Assembly: GCA_045132115.1 (NCBI GenBank) | Contig: JBGURT010000111.1 | Coordinates: forward strand, 1-42,820 | Direction: 5' to 3' | Length of the DNA: 42,820 nt | Origin: Kiritimatiellia bacterium | GTDB taxonomy: Bacteria > Verrucomicrobiota > Kiritimatiellia > RFP12 > UBA1067 | Part shown: positions 1 through 8,400 of the stretch, piece by piece | Layout: every line of letters begins with the position of its first letter | How positions within the stretch are numbered: the first letter of the stretch is position 1 | Made by a program: the position numbers and the translations under genes | Notes under the pieces: generated by a model | The model's input: the letters and a program-made list of their open reading frames with translations, nothing else | Told to the model about the DNA's origin: nothing | The model's database searches: none

Positions 1-1449
1 GTCGATCTTGTCCTTCCAGCCGCGGATCGTCACCTTGTCGCCTTCCCAGCTTTCGATCCAGATGCCGGGGTAGAGCGTGAGCGCCACGGTGCGCACCCTG
101 AGGACCGTCTTTTCGCGGTCGAAAAGCAGCATGCCGATCTTGTCGGCCTCTTCCTTGGCGGCGGCCACCGCCTTTTCGCCCGCCGTGATCTTGTTGGCGA
201 AACTCTTGTAGGAATTGACCTTGGCTTCGTTGCGCTCGAGATCCTCGGCAAGGACGCTGCTTTCCTTGTTGATGCCCAGAAGCACGCAAACAAGCGCCGC
301 GACCACCATGGCGCCGCCGGCGGCTACGAGAGGAATCTTCGCCTTTTCGGCCTTTGCCTCGAGAATCGCCGGCGGGATGAGATTGATGTCGAAAGGCCCG
401 GCCTTGATCATGTGCACGGCCACGCCGGAAGCCGAAGCGAGCAGTGCGGTGTCCGTGCCGAGCTGGTCGGCATCTACCGCGCCGCCAACGCCGATTCTGT
501 CGAACGGATTGAGGAATGCGACCTCGATGCCAAGATTTTCGGCGAAGAAAGTATCGATCTGCGGCAGGAGCGCGGTACCGCCGGTCAAGTAGAGTTTGGT
601 CGGGGCGGATCCGCCCTGCTGCGAACGGTAGAAGTTGACCGAGCGGCTGATTTCAGCATGGAGACGCGTAAGGACCGCGCGGCAGACCTTGGAGACGCGG
701 TCGGCCACTTCGTCTTCATCCTCGACGACGCCGCCCTGGCTCACATAGCCCTTTTCCATCTTCACCTGCTCGGCCTCGACCGCGCCCACGCCAAGCGCCT
801 GGCCGATGTCGCGGTTGATGTTGTTGCCGCCGATCGGGATCGTGCGGTTGTAGAGTTTTTCGCCCTCGGCGATGACGAGGCTCGTGGTCTTCGCGCCGAT
901 GTCGAGCATGATTACCGGGCTGCCGTCGTCGCCGTAGACGTAGCGCATGGTGTTCGTGGCGGCGATAGGCGCGACGTCGACGAGGACCGGATTGAACCCG
1001 AGTCCTGTGAGCGCCCCGGTGATGCCTTCGATCTGCTCGAGCTTGGCGGCGACGATCATCACCGACTTGTCGCCATCCTCGGTGTCGCCCAGGATCTGGC
1101 GGTCGCAGACCATCTCGTCGATCGGGAACGGGATGTTCTGCTCCACCTCGTAGCGCACCATCTGCTCGAACTTCTCCATGCCTCCGGCCATGGGGATCGC
1201 CGCGAAGCGCGGGAACACCATCTGTCCGGAAACGGACACGGCGACATCGCCGGGCTTGATGCCCTTCTCGCGCATGATCTCGCCGATCGCCGGCGAGAGA
1301 ATGGCGTCGGCGTTGCCGGAATCAAGCGGCGCGGCGAGCTGCGCAATCCCGTATTTGAGGAGCGTCAGCGAATCCTTGCCGCTTTGCTCGAACTCGGCAA
1401 GCGCGACGCGCGAGGCTCCTATGTCGAGAGTGAGAAGTTTCTTGCCCAT
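1..1449 (-). CDS. pilM: Type IV pilus assembly protein PilM fused to a PilN-like segment. The 3' end runs off the window, and the gene is absent from the ORF track because it has no stop in the window.
   Basis: The frame is open from the ATG at 1449 (plus-strand cat 1447-1449) to base 1, giving 483 codons without a stop. The translation starts MGKKLLTLDIGASRVALAEF and has an actin-like PilM/FtsA layout (MLDIGAKTTSLVI, LYLTGGTALLPQI). At aa 355-360 it carries INLIPP, which resembles the conserved PilN N-terminal peptide. This is followed by a TM helix (IPLVAAGGAMVVAALVCVLLGI) and a coiled-coil tail. Confidence 0.8.
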   Translation of the reverse strand, partial: MGKKLLTLDIGASRVALAEFEQSGKDSLTLLKYGIAQLAAPLDSGNADAILSPAIGEIMREKGIKPGDVAVSVSGQMVFPRFAAIPMAGGMEKFEQMVRYEVEQNIPFPIDEMVCDRQILGDTEDGDKSVMIVAAKLEQIEGITGALTGLGFNPVLVDVAPIAATNTMRYVYGDDGSPVIMLDIGAKTTSLVIAEGEKLYNRTIPIGGNNINRDIGQALGVGAVEAEQVKMEKGYVSQGGVVEDEDEVADRVSKVCRAVLTRLHAEISRSVNFYRSQQGGSAPTKLYLTGGTALLPQIDTFFAENLGIEVAFLNPFDRIGVGGAVDADQLGTDTALLASASGVAVHMIKAGPFDINLIPPAILEAKAEKAKIPLVAAGGAMVVAALVCVLLGINKESSVLAEDLERNEAKVNSYKSFANKITAGEKAVAAAKEEADKIGMLLFDREKTVLRVRTVALTLYPGIWIESWEGDKVTIRGWKDKID

Positions 1450-1476
1450 GGCGAATGTCCTTAACTTGGGGAAATG

Positions 1477-2193
1477 TTACTGGATTACGAGTTCGTAGTC
1501 GTTGGGGTTGACGAGCGCCCAGATCGTCTTGGAGCGGTCCTGCAGGCCCTGGCGGCGTTCGATCATCGGCTCGCCGCCCTGCTTGGCGTCCATGATGCTC
1601 GAATCTTCCCAGAATTTCTTGTGGGCATCGATGCCCTTGATTTCGCTCAAGGCATCGCCGGTTATCTCGTTGCCGCTGGAGTCGCTGATCACGAGGCCGA
1701 CGGCCTTGGGCTCGCCGTACTGCTCGAGATAGGAAGGATGCAGGCAGACGGAAGCGGCGTGGGTGCCGCGCGGAATATTGGCGTAGGTCACGGTCTGGGT
1801 GAAGTAGGAATAGGGCGGCATCTTGGCCTGGCCTTCCTTGTCCTTGGAGGTGGCGCTCTTAGTTTCAAGAAGGACGTGCCAGGTGAAGGTAAGCTGGTCG
1901 ATGCACTTGTCGGTCGTGGAATACTTGGACTCGAGGACGATCCAGTTGCGAGGCTTGCCGTTCCAGGCCTGGCCGATGACGGTGCCGCCGCTGACGCTGG
2001 GCGCGGAGAGAGTGGCCGCACGGCCGAGCTTGGGGTACTCGTCCACATGGACCTTAACCTTGGGACCGGAAGCGTCGTCGTCTTCGGCGGTTGCGGCGGC
2101 ACGGCGTCCGGTGCGCGTACGGGAGGCGGTGGGGGCGGCTTCGAGCGCGATCGCGCACACCGCGACAATTCCTGCAATCATCAATTTCTTCAT
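1477..2193 (-). CDS. Secreted hypothetical protein, 238 aa
   Basis: The ORF is complete and begins with a Sec-type signal peptide (MKKLMIAGIVAVCAIALEAAP). A purine-rich SD region (AAGCGAAAGAAAGGAACC) lies upstream. It sits 27 nt upstream of pilMN in the same orientation. I recognise no family. Confidence 0.6.
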   Translation of the reverse strand: MKKLMIAGIVAVCAIALEAAPTASRTRTGRRAAATAEDDDASGPKVKVHVDEYPKLGRAATLSAPSVSGGTVIGQAWNGKPRNWIVLESKYSTTDKCIDQLTFTWHVLLETKSATSKDKEGQAKMPPYSYFTQTVTYANIPRGTHAASVCLHPSYLEQYGEPKAVGLVISDSSGNEITGDALSEIKGIDAHKKFWEDSSIMDAKQGGEPMIERRQGLQDRSKTIWALVNPNDYELVIQ

Positions 2194-2217
2194 CTCTTCG
2201 GTTCCTTTCTTTCGCTT

Positions 2218-3207
2218 TTAAAGTACTTTCATTTTCGGCAGATCCTGAATGTCCACGAGCCCCACGGCGCGGCCGTCAGCGTCGCACACGGGAAGATCGT
2301 CGATGCGGCGCTTCTCGAAGATCTTGAGAAGTTCGGCGGCATAGACGTCATTGCGGACGAAGAGCGGATTCCTGGTCATGTAGTCCGAAATCGGCCGGGC
2401 CAGCACGGCCTGGCCATCGGACTCCTCGCTCATCACGCGGCGGAAGTCGCCATCGGTGAAGATGCCGAGGAGCTTGCCGTTCTCGCCGGTCACGACGGCA
2501 GAGCCGCTCTTCGCCTTGGTCATCGCCAGCAGCGTCTGGAGAACCGTAGCCTCCGGCGGCACGGCGGCAAACTTGTCGCCGGTGCGCATGATGTCGGTCA
2601 CGCGCATCACGAGCGCACGGCCGATCGCCCCGGCGGGATGGTTCATGGCGTACTCCTCGATCGCAAACTGCTGGCAATCGATCATCACCATCGCGAGCGC
2701 GTCGCCCATCGCCATGGTGGCGGTGGTGGAGTTCGTGGGCGCCATCCCGAACGGACACGCTTCCTTGCCGCAGGGAATCTCGATATGCACGTCCGAAAGC
2801 CGCGCGAGCGTAGACTCCGGATTGCGGGTCATGGAGATCACCTTGAGTCCATGGCGGCGGATCGCGGGGATGAGCCGGTTAACTTCGTCGGACTCGCCGC
2901 TGAAGGACAGCGCGATCAGCACGTCCTTGGCGCTCACCATCCCGAGATCCCCGTGCATCGCCTGCACGGGATTGAGCACGATCGAGCGCGTGCCGGTGGA
3001 GGAGAAGATCGCAGACATCTTCTCGGCGATGTGCAGGTTCTTCCCCACTCCGGTAACGACGACGATGCCGCCGTCCTTCTGGGAGGCGAGCATCATCTCG
3101 ATCGCCTTGACGAACGATGCACCGAGCGAGGCGGAGGTTTTCTTCAAACCTTCGATTTCAATGGCGAAGACTTCCTTCGCCCGCTCAAGCATTTTTTCGC
3201 TGGTCAT
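2218..3207 (-). CDS. kdsD: Arabinose-5-phosphate isomerase (KdsD/KpsF family; SIS domain plus tandem CBS)
   Basis: SIS motifs are present (VVVTGVGKNLHIAEK, MHGDLGMV, SFSGESDE, APTNSTTATMAMGDALA), as is a CBS pair (GIFTDGDFRR ... DDLPVCDADGRAVGLVDIQDL). I start it at MTSEKML (ATG at 3207), which overlaps the pta stop as ATGA. The 350-aa track ORF adds 21 implausible residues. Confidence 0.85.
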   Translation of the reverse strand: MTSEKMLERAKEVFAIEIEGLKKTSASLGASFVKAIEMMLASQKDGGIVVVTGVGKNLHIAEKMSAIFSSTGTRSIVLNPVQAMHGDLGMVSAKDVLIALSFSGESDEVNRLIPAIRRHGLKVISMTRNPESTLARLSDVHIEIPCGKEACPFGMAPTNSTTATMAMGDALAMVMIDCQQFAIEEYAMNHPAGAIGRALVMRVTDIMRTGDKFAAVPPEATVLQTLLAMTKAKSGSAVVTGENGKLLGIFTDGDFRRVMSEESDGQAVLARPISDYMTRNPLFVRNDVYAAELLKIFEKRRIDDLPVCDADGRAVGLVDIQDLPKMKVL

Positions 3208-4244
3208 CACTTGGTGGTGGACTGGAGCAAGGTTACGCAGATGGTTCCTACGATATCCTCGGCGCTGCAACCGCGCGAGAGATCGTTCATCGCCTTGGCG
3301 AGGCCCTGGAGGTTCGGGCCGATCGCATCCGCCTCGCCGAGGCGCTGGGCGATTTTGTAGCCGATGTTGCCCGCCTGGAGATCCGGGAAGATGAAGACGT
3401 TGGCATTGCCCTGGATTTCGCCGCCCGGGTTCTTGAGCTCGCCGACCGCCGGGACGATCGCGGCGTCAAACTGCATCTCGCCGTCCATCTTGATGCCCTT
3501 TTCGGCAAAGACGGGGCGGGCGAGCTCCACGGCCTTCTGCACCTTCTCGACGAGATCGCCGGCGGCGGATCCCTTGGTGGAGAAGGAGAGGTAGGCGACA
3601 CGCGGCTCGTTGCCGGTCAAATCGCGGTACGTCTGGGCGGTTGCAAGCCCGATATCGACGAGCTGCTCGGCCGTCGGGTTGGGGATGACGGCGCAGTCGC
3701 CGAACGCGAGCACCGAGTCGCCGGAAGGCGTGGGGCGCTTCAAATCCATGATAAAGCTCGAAGAAGCGGTCTTGACGCCCTTCTGGGTGCCGAGAGTATG
3801 GAATGCGGCGCGGAGCATATCGCCCGTGGAGGCGATGGAACCGGCGACAAGGCCGTTGACGCGGCCGAGCTTGACCATCATGCCGCCGAAGTAGATGCGC
3901 TTGGTGCGCAGAGTCTTTTGCGCGGCGGCGAGATCGATGATCTTCTGCTTTTCGGCGGGCTTGCGCGATTCCTTGGCGTTCCAGGCTTCGAGGTAGGCGG
4001 CTTCAAGCTCGGCATCGCCTTGAGTGTAGTCGATCGTCTTGATGCCGCGCTCCGCGAGCGAGAGGCCCGCCTTTTGTTCGGCGGCGGCGATTTCCTCGGC
4101 AGTGCCCAGCACCACGGGGGTGCAGATCTTGCGGTCCACGCAGGCGCAAGCGGCGGTGATGACGCGGGCGTCCATGCCCTCGGGGAGGACGATGGTGCCG
4201 TTGAGGGCGGAAGCTTTTTCGATGATTGTCTTGATCGCGTTCAT
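3207..4244 (-). CDS. pta: Phosphate acetyltransferase (short Pta form, 345 aa)
   Basis: The translation looks like Pta across its full length (IVLPEGMDARVI, GLVAGSIASTGDMLR, AFGDCAVIPNPTAEQL, LSFSTKGSA, FIFPDLQAGNIGYKIAQRL). It lies adjacent to ackA. Confidence 0.9.
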   Translation of the reverse strand: MNAIKTIIEKASALNGTIVLPEGMDARVITAACACVDRKICTPVVLGTAEEIAAAEQKAGLSLAERGIKTIDYTQGDAELEAAYLEAWNAKESRKPAEKQKIIDLAAAQKTLRTKRIYFGGMMVKLGRVNGLVAGSIASTGDMLRAAFHTLGTQKGVKTASSSFIMDLKRPTPSGDSVLAFGDCAVIPNPTAEQLVDIGLATAQTYRDLTGNEPRVAYLSFSTKGSAAGDLVEKVQKAVELARPVFAEKGIKMDGEMQFDAAIVPAVGELKNPGGEIQGNANVFIFPDLQAGNIGYKIAQRLGEADAIGPNLQGLAKAMNDLSRGCSAEDIVGTICVTLLQSTTK

Positions 4245-4280
4245 GATAATTTCGATTTTTCGGTATAAATTACTTTCTCC

Positions 4281-5417
4281 TCACCCCAAGACCCTTACCG
4301 TATCCTGGGCGATCATGAGCTCCTCGTTGGTGGGGAGGATGACGACCGGGATCTTGGAATCCTTGGTGGAGATGGTGGCAACCACTCCGCGGGACTTGGC
4401 GTTCGCCTTCTTGTCGAGCTTGATGCCCAGCGCACCAAGACGCTGGACGATGCGCTCGCGGCCCTCCGCCGAATTCTCGCCGATGCCGCCGGTGAGGATG
4501 ATCGCATCAGCCCCGCCGATCACGGTATTGTAGCCGCCGATGTACAGCGCCACGCGGTATGCCCACATTTCGAGCGCGAGTTCGGCATCTTTGCAGCCCT
4601 TGGCGGCATTCGTGCAAATGTCGCGCATGTCGCCGCCCTTCACGCCGCTGATCGCCTGCAGTCCGGACTGCTTGTTGAGGAGCGTATCCATCTCCGCCGG
4701 CGTTTTCTTTTCGCTTTCCATGATCGAGAGCACGGCGGCGGCATCGATATCGCCGCAACGGGTGCCCATCACGAGACCCGCAAGCGGGGTGAGCCCCATG
4801 GTAGTATCCACGCATTCGCCGTTCTTCACCGCCGCGAGCGAGGAGCCGTTGCCGAGATGGCAGGTGACGAGATTCACCTTTTCGACCGGCTTCTTGAGTA
4901 GCTTCGCCGCTTCCTTGACGATGAATTTGTGGCTCGTGCCGTGGAAACCGTATTTGCGGATTCCGTACTTCTTGTAGAACTTGGGATCGATCGCATACAG
5001 GGCCGAGCATTCGGGCATCGTCTGGTGGAAGGCGGTGTCGAACACGGCGACGTTGGGGACGCCCTTGAAGATCTTCTGGCACGCTTCGATGCCGCCAAGG
5101 TTGGCGGGCATGTGCAGCGGGCCGAACTTCACGAGCTTCTTGCACTTGGCCATGTTCTTGGCGTCCATCTTGACGGAGTCCTTGAAGACTTCGCCGCCAT
5201 GCAGAACACGGTGGCCGATGGCATCGATGTCCTTGGGATTGCCGAGATCGGCCACGACCTGCTTCAAAGCCTCGGCGTGGTTGGCGGGGCCGCCCGCGCC
5301 GATGCGCTCGACAAGACCCTTCGCCAGACGGGTGTTGGTCGTCATGTCGAAGAGCTGGTACTTGAGAGAACTCGATCCCGAATTTACTACGAGAACCTTG
5401 CGGATTTGCTTTTTCAT
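4281..5417 (-). CDS. ackA: Acetate kinase
   Basis: AckA motifs are present: VLVVNSGSSSLKYQLFD, GHRVLHGGE, YGFHGTSH, CHLGNGSS, GTRCGDID, LTGGIGENS. I start it at MKKQIRK (ATG 5417). The 428-aa track ORF extends it into the 3' end of the giant gene and is rejected. Confidence 0.9.
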   Translation of the reverse strand: MKKQIRKVLVVNSGSSSLKYQLFDMTTNTRLAKGLVERIGAGGPANHAEALKQVVADLGNPKDIDAIGHRVLHGGEVFKDSVKMDAKNMAKCKKLVKFGPLHMPANLGGIEACQKIFKGVPNVAVFDTAFHQTMPECSALYAIDPKFYKKYGIRKYGFHGTSHKFIVKEAAKLLKKPVEKVNLVTCHLGNGSSLAAVKNGECVDTTMGLTPLAGLVMGTRCGDIDAAAVLSIMESEKKTPAEMDTLLNKQSGLQAISGVKGGDMRDICTNAAKGCKDAELALEMWAYRVALYIGGYNTVIGGADAIILTGGIGENSAEGRERIVQRLGALGIKLDKKANAKSRGVVATISTKDSKIPVVILPTNEELMIAQDTVRVLG

Positions 5418-5439
5418 TCTGCTTTCGTCTTTCTTTCGT

Positions 5440-8400
5440 TTAGTGCGTGATCTCGATCTTGAAGAACTGGGCGTTGGTCGCCGCGGCCGGGAGCGGATAC
5501 TCGATAACGCCGCTGCTGGTGCCCACTTCAACCGTATCCTTGACCTCGGCCACGGTCCAGTCGGCATCGCCCAGATTCGCCTTGTAGAGAACCTTGACGT
5601 CGAACGAGACGGTTCCGCCTTCCACGACGTAGAACGCAGAAGCGGACGAACCGGCGGTCAATGTTTCGACTTCGCTCGTGTAGCCGATCTTGACGGATTT
5701 CGCCACAGTATCGATATCGAGCGAAGTGATGGCGATCACCGAAGAGTCGGCTATCGTCTCCGCGGCGGCCTTGGCCTCTTCGATCGTATCGTAGCCGAAC
5801 GTCAACGCGGCGATCTTGGGATTAGACAGCGTAGAGACGACCTGCGATGCCATCGCGACGGTGCTCGCTCCCGAGCCCGCGGCCGGGGCGGCGGCAAGCA
5901 GAACCGGAGCCATGCCGGAAGTCGCCGTTCCGGCGCCGCCGGCGGCGAGTGTAGCAAGATCCGTGCTGTAAATGAAGCCGATTCCCTCGCTGTCGGTCGT
6001 GATCGCATCGAGCGGCGTGTTCGTCCTCCAGCTTCCGTCCGCCTTCTGCGCGTCGCTCGCCTGAGCGTACTCGTAGGCGTCGGGCAGGCTGTTGCCGTTG
6101 GTGTCGGCGTCTTCGATGTAGATTTCGATCGAATCGCCTTCGCCGAGAACACCGGCGGAGTACTTGACTCCGGTCGGGTTGAACGGCACCGCGCCAATCA
6201 AGCCGCGGGCGCAGAGGTAGCCCATGGACTCCCAATCGTCGCACACGCCATTGTCGTTGGAGTCGATGAACGCGCGGAAGTAGTACGTTCCCGGCTCGAT
6301 ACCGACTATCGTGGCGTTGTCGGGCACCTCGCCGGCATCACCGAGCGTGGCGAGACCGGTCACATAGCCGGCCGCAACGGGTTCGCCGGTGAAGTCCGGC
6401 TTCGTGAACGCCTGCACCCGGATGGTGGCCGCATCAGCGGCGACCGGCCCGAAGTAGCGGACCTTCACGCCCTGGGTGCGCATCGCGATGTTGTTCTCGG
6501 CGACATTGAGGAGGAACTTGCCGCTGCCGCCATTTTCGTCGGTCTTGTACTTGGAGTTGTAGCCGTAGACCGTCCAGGTGTATTCCTTGTTGTTGGCGTA
6601 GACGCCATAGCCGTGTTCGCCGTCGATCTTGTCGCCCACGCAGATAGGCGCGGTCCAGACATATTCGCCCTCGGCATTCTCGAGCGGCATCTGCTGGAAG
6701 CCGGAGTTGTAGCTGAAGCCTTCTCCGGTCACGACGATCCTGAACGCGGTGTAGGTGCCGGCGCGCTTCGTCATCGTCCAGCGGAAAGTAGGCCGCGCGT
6801 CCGTGACGCGATAGCCCGCCTGCTCCGTGGGTTCGACCGCGACCGCCACCGAACGCATGCCTGCGGGATCGAAGGCCCTGATGAACGAATAGCGGGCGAC
6901 AGACACCGTATTGCTCAACGACGCCGTGGTGACCTTTTCGATATCCCCATTGCCGAACACTATGCGGTACACGACATCCCTGATATCGATATCGTCGCTG
7001 TTTTCGTCAACGATGCCTTCGGTATCGGCGGCGAGATCCCAGTCGATGTCGAACTTGCCGTTGCCCATGAACCAGCCCTCATGGATGAACTTGCCCAACT
7101 CGCCGGAGATATTGACAACACGATCGTCGACGACCTTGGTGGTGTCGTTGGCCGTGTAAGCCCTGCCGTTGTAGTAAGACCTGACGACCCTGACACGCAC
7201 GAATCTTCCAAAGCTGCCGGCTTCTTCGTAAGTGTCCTCGTCGAGGTTCTCGGACCACTTGCCCCAGGTGGCTTCGCGGTCGTTATCGCCGGTGACGAGG
7301 TCAGCGCGAACCGAGACGGGCGAGGTGCGGGTTAGCTGGATCGCGGCCGCGCCGCCCTTCCAGCCGATGTCCACGTCGCACGCGACACCCATAGGCTCGC
7401 CGGGCGTGTAGAGGCCGTCGCCGTCAGTATCGAGGATCGCGATAACCTGGCTCTTGCCTTCCTTGATCGCGCCCTTCGTCGCCTCGCCGAGATACACCGT
7501 GCGGGGCAGATCAGCAGACGGATTGACGTCATACACAACGCGGTAGGTATGCGCCTCCGCCGGCGTCTTCGCATTCGTGTCGCTGACCGACCAGATTGAC
7601 TTTCCGGCCAACGCGCCGAAGTCGAAGTCGTACTCGCCGGTGACGAGATTGATCGTGCCGAACTCGATGGTGAGCGCGTCGTTCATATACACCGTCGCGA
7701 TATCGCCATCGGTGCGGATAGACATTGTGGAGAGCGGATGATACTCGGAATCGGGCTTCACGATGTCTACCGTGTCTTTGCCGTAGTTGTAGTAATCCTC
7801 GAGATATTCGGCCTTGGTGCCGGTGCGGTAGACGTATTGCGTCTCGCCGTCGCTGTCGACATACGAGAGGCGCCAGCTGAACAGCGTGTTGTCCGGCGTA
7901 TAGGCATCTTCGATGACGATCGATTTCGCCTTGACGTTGCCGGGCGTGAGCGTGCCGACGGCGTGGCGGTTTTCCCACTTGCCGAGCACCTTGGCATACG
8001 CATTGGAAGTCGCCGCCGTCGAGGTGGAGTTGGTGCCGCCATCGACAATGAACTTCGCGTCGAATTCCGCGTTCGAACCGTTGCGCGTCACATAGACGAG
8101 CAGCTTGGAGTCTTCTACGTCGTGGATGTCGGCTTCGTTGTAGCTGACGGTGAGCGCAAGCGTGGGAACCGGGTGGTCGATTACCGTATCTTCCACCGTG
8201 TTCACATGCGACTTCCTGCTGCCGATTATCGGCTGGACCATCTGCGAATAGCGCGCCTCGCTCCTCATCGACCAGCCGTCGTCGTCAGCATCGGTGCCGG
8301 CGTCGTATTTGAGCCGTGTCGCGTAGTCGGACGCATACTGGTCTTCCCAGGAATCCTCGACTTGATCGTGGTCGGTGAAGATCTCGCCGACATACAGTTT

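Noticed and set aside
5418-5567. The 50-aa N-terminal extension of ackA (428-aa track ORF) that overlaps the 3' end of the giant gene.
   Set aside because: The extension is R/S/P-rich nonsense. The canonical AckA N-terminus (MKKQIRKVLVVNSGSSSLKYQ) starts at 5417, after a purine-rich SD. Similar extensions were rejected for kdsD (3208-3270), dut (33327-33401), galK (37321-37419), ribE (42668-42817) and the lipoprotein (24343-24426).
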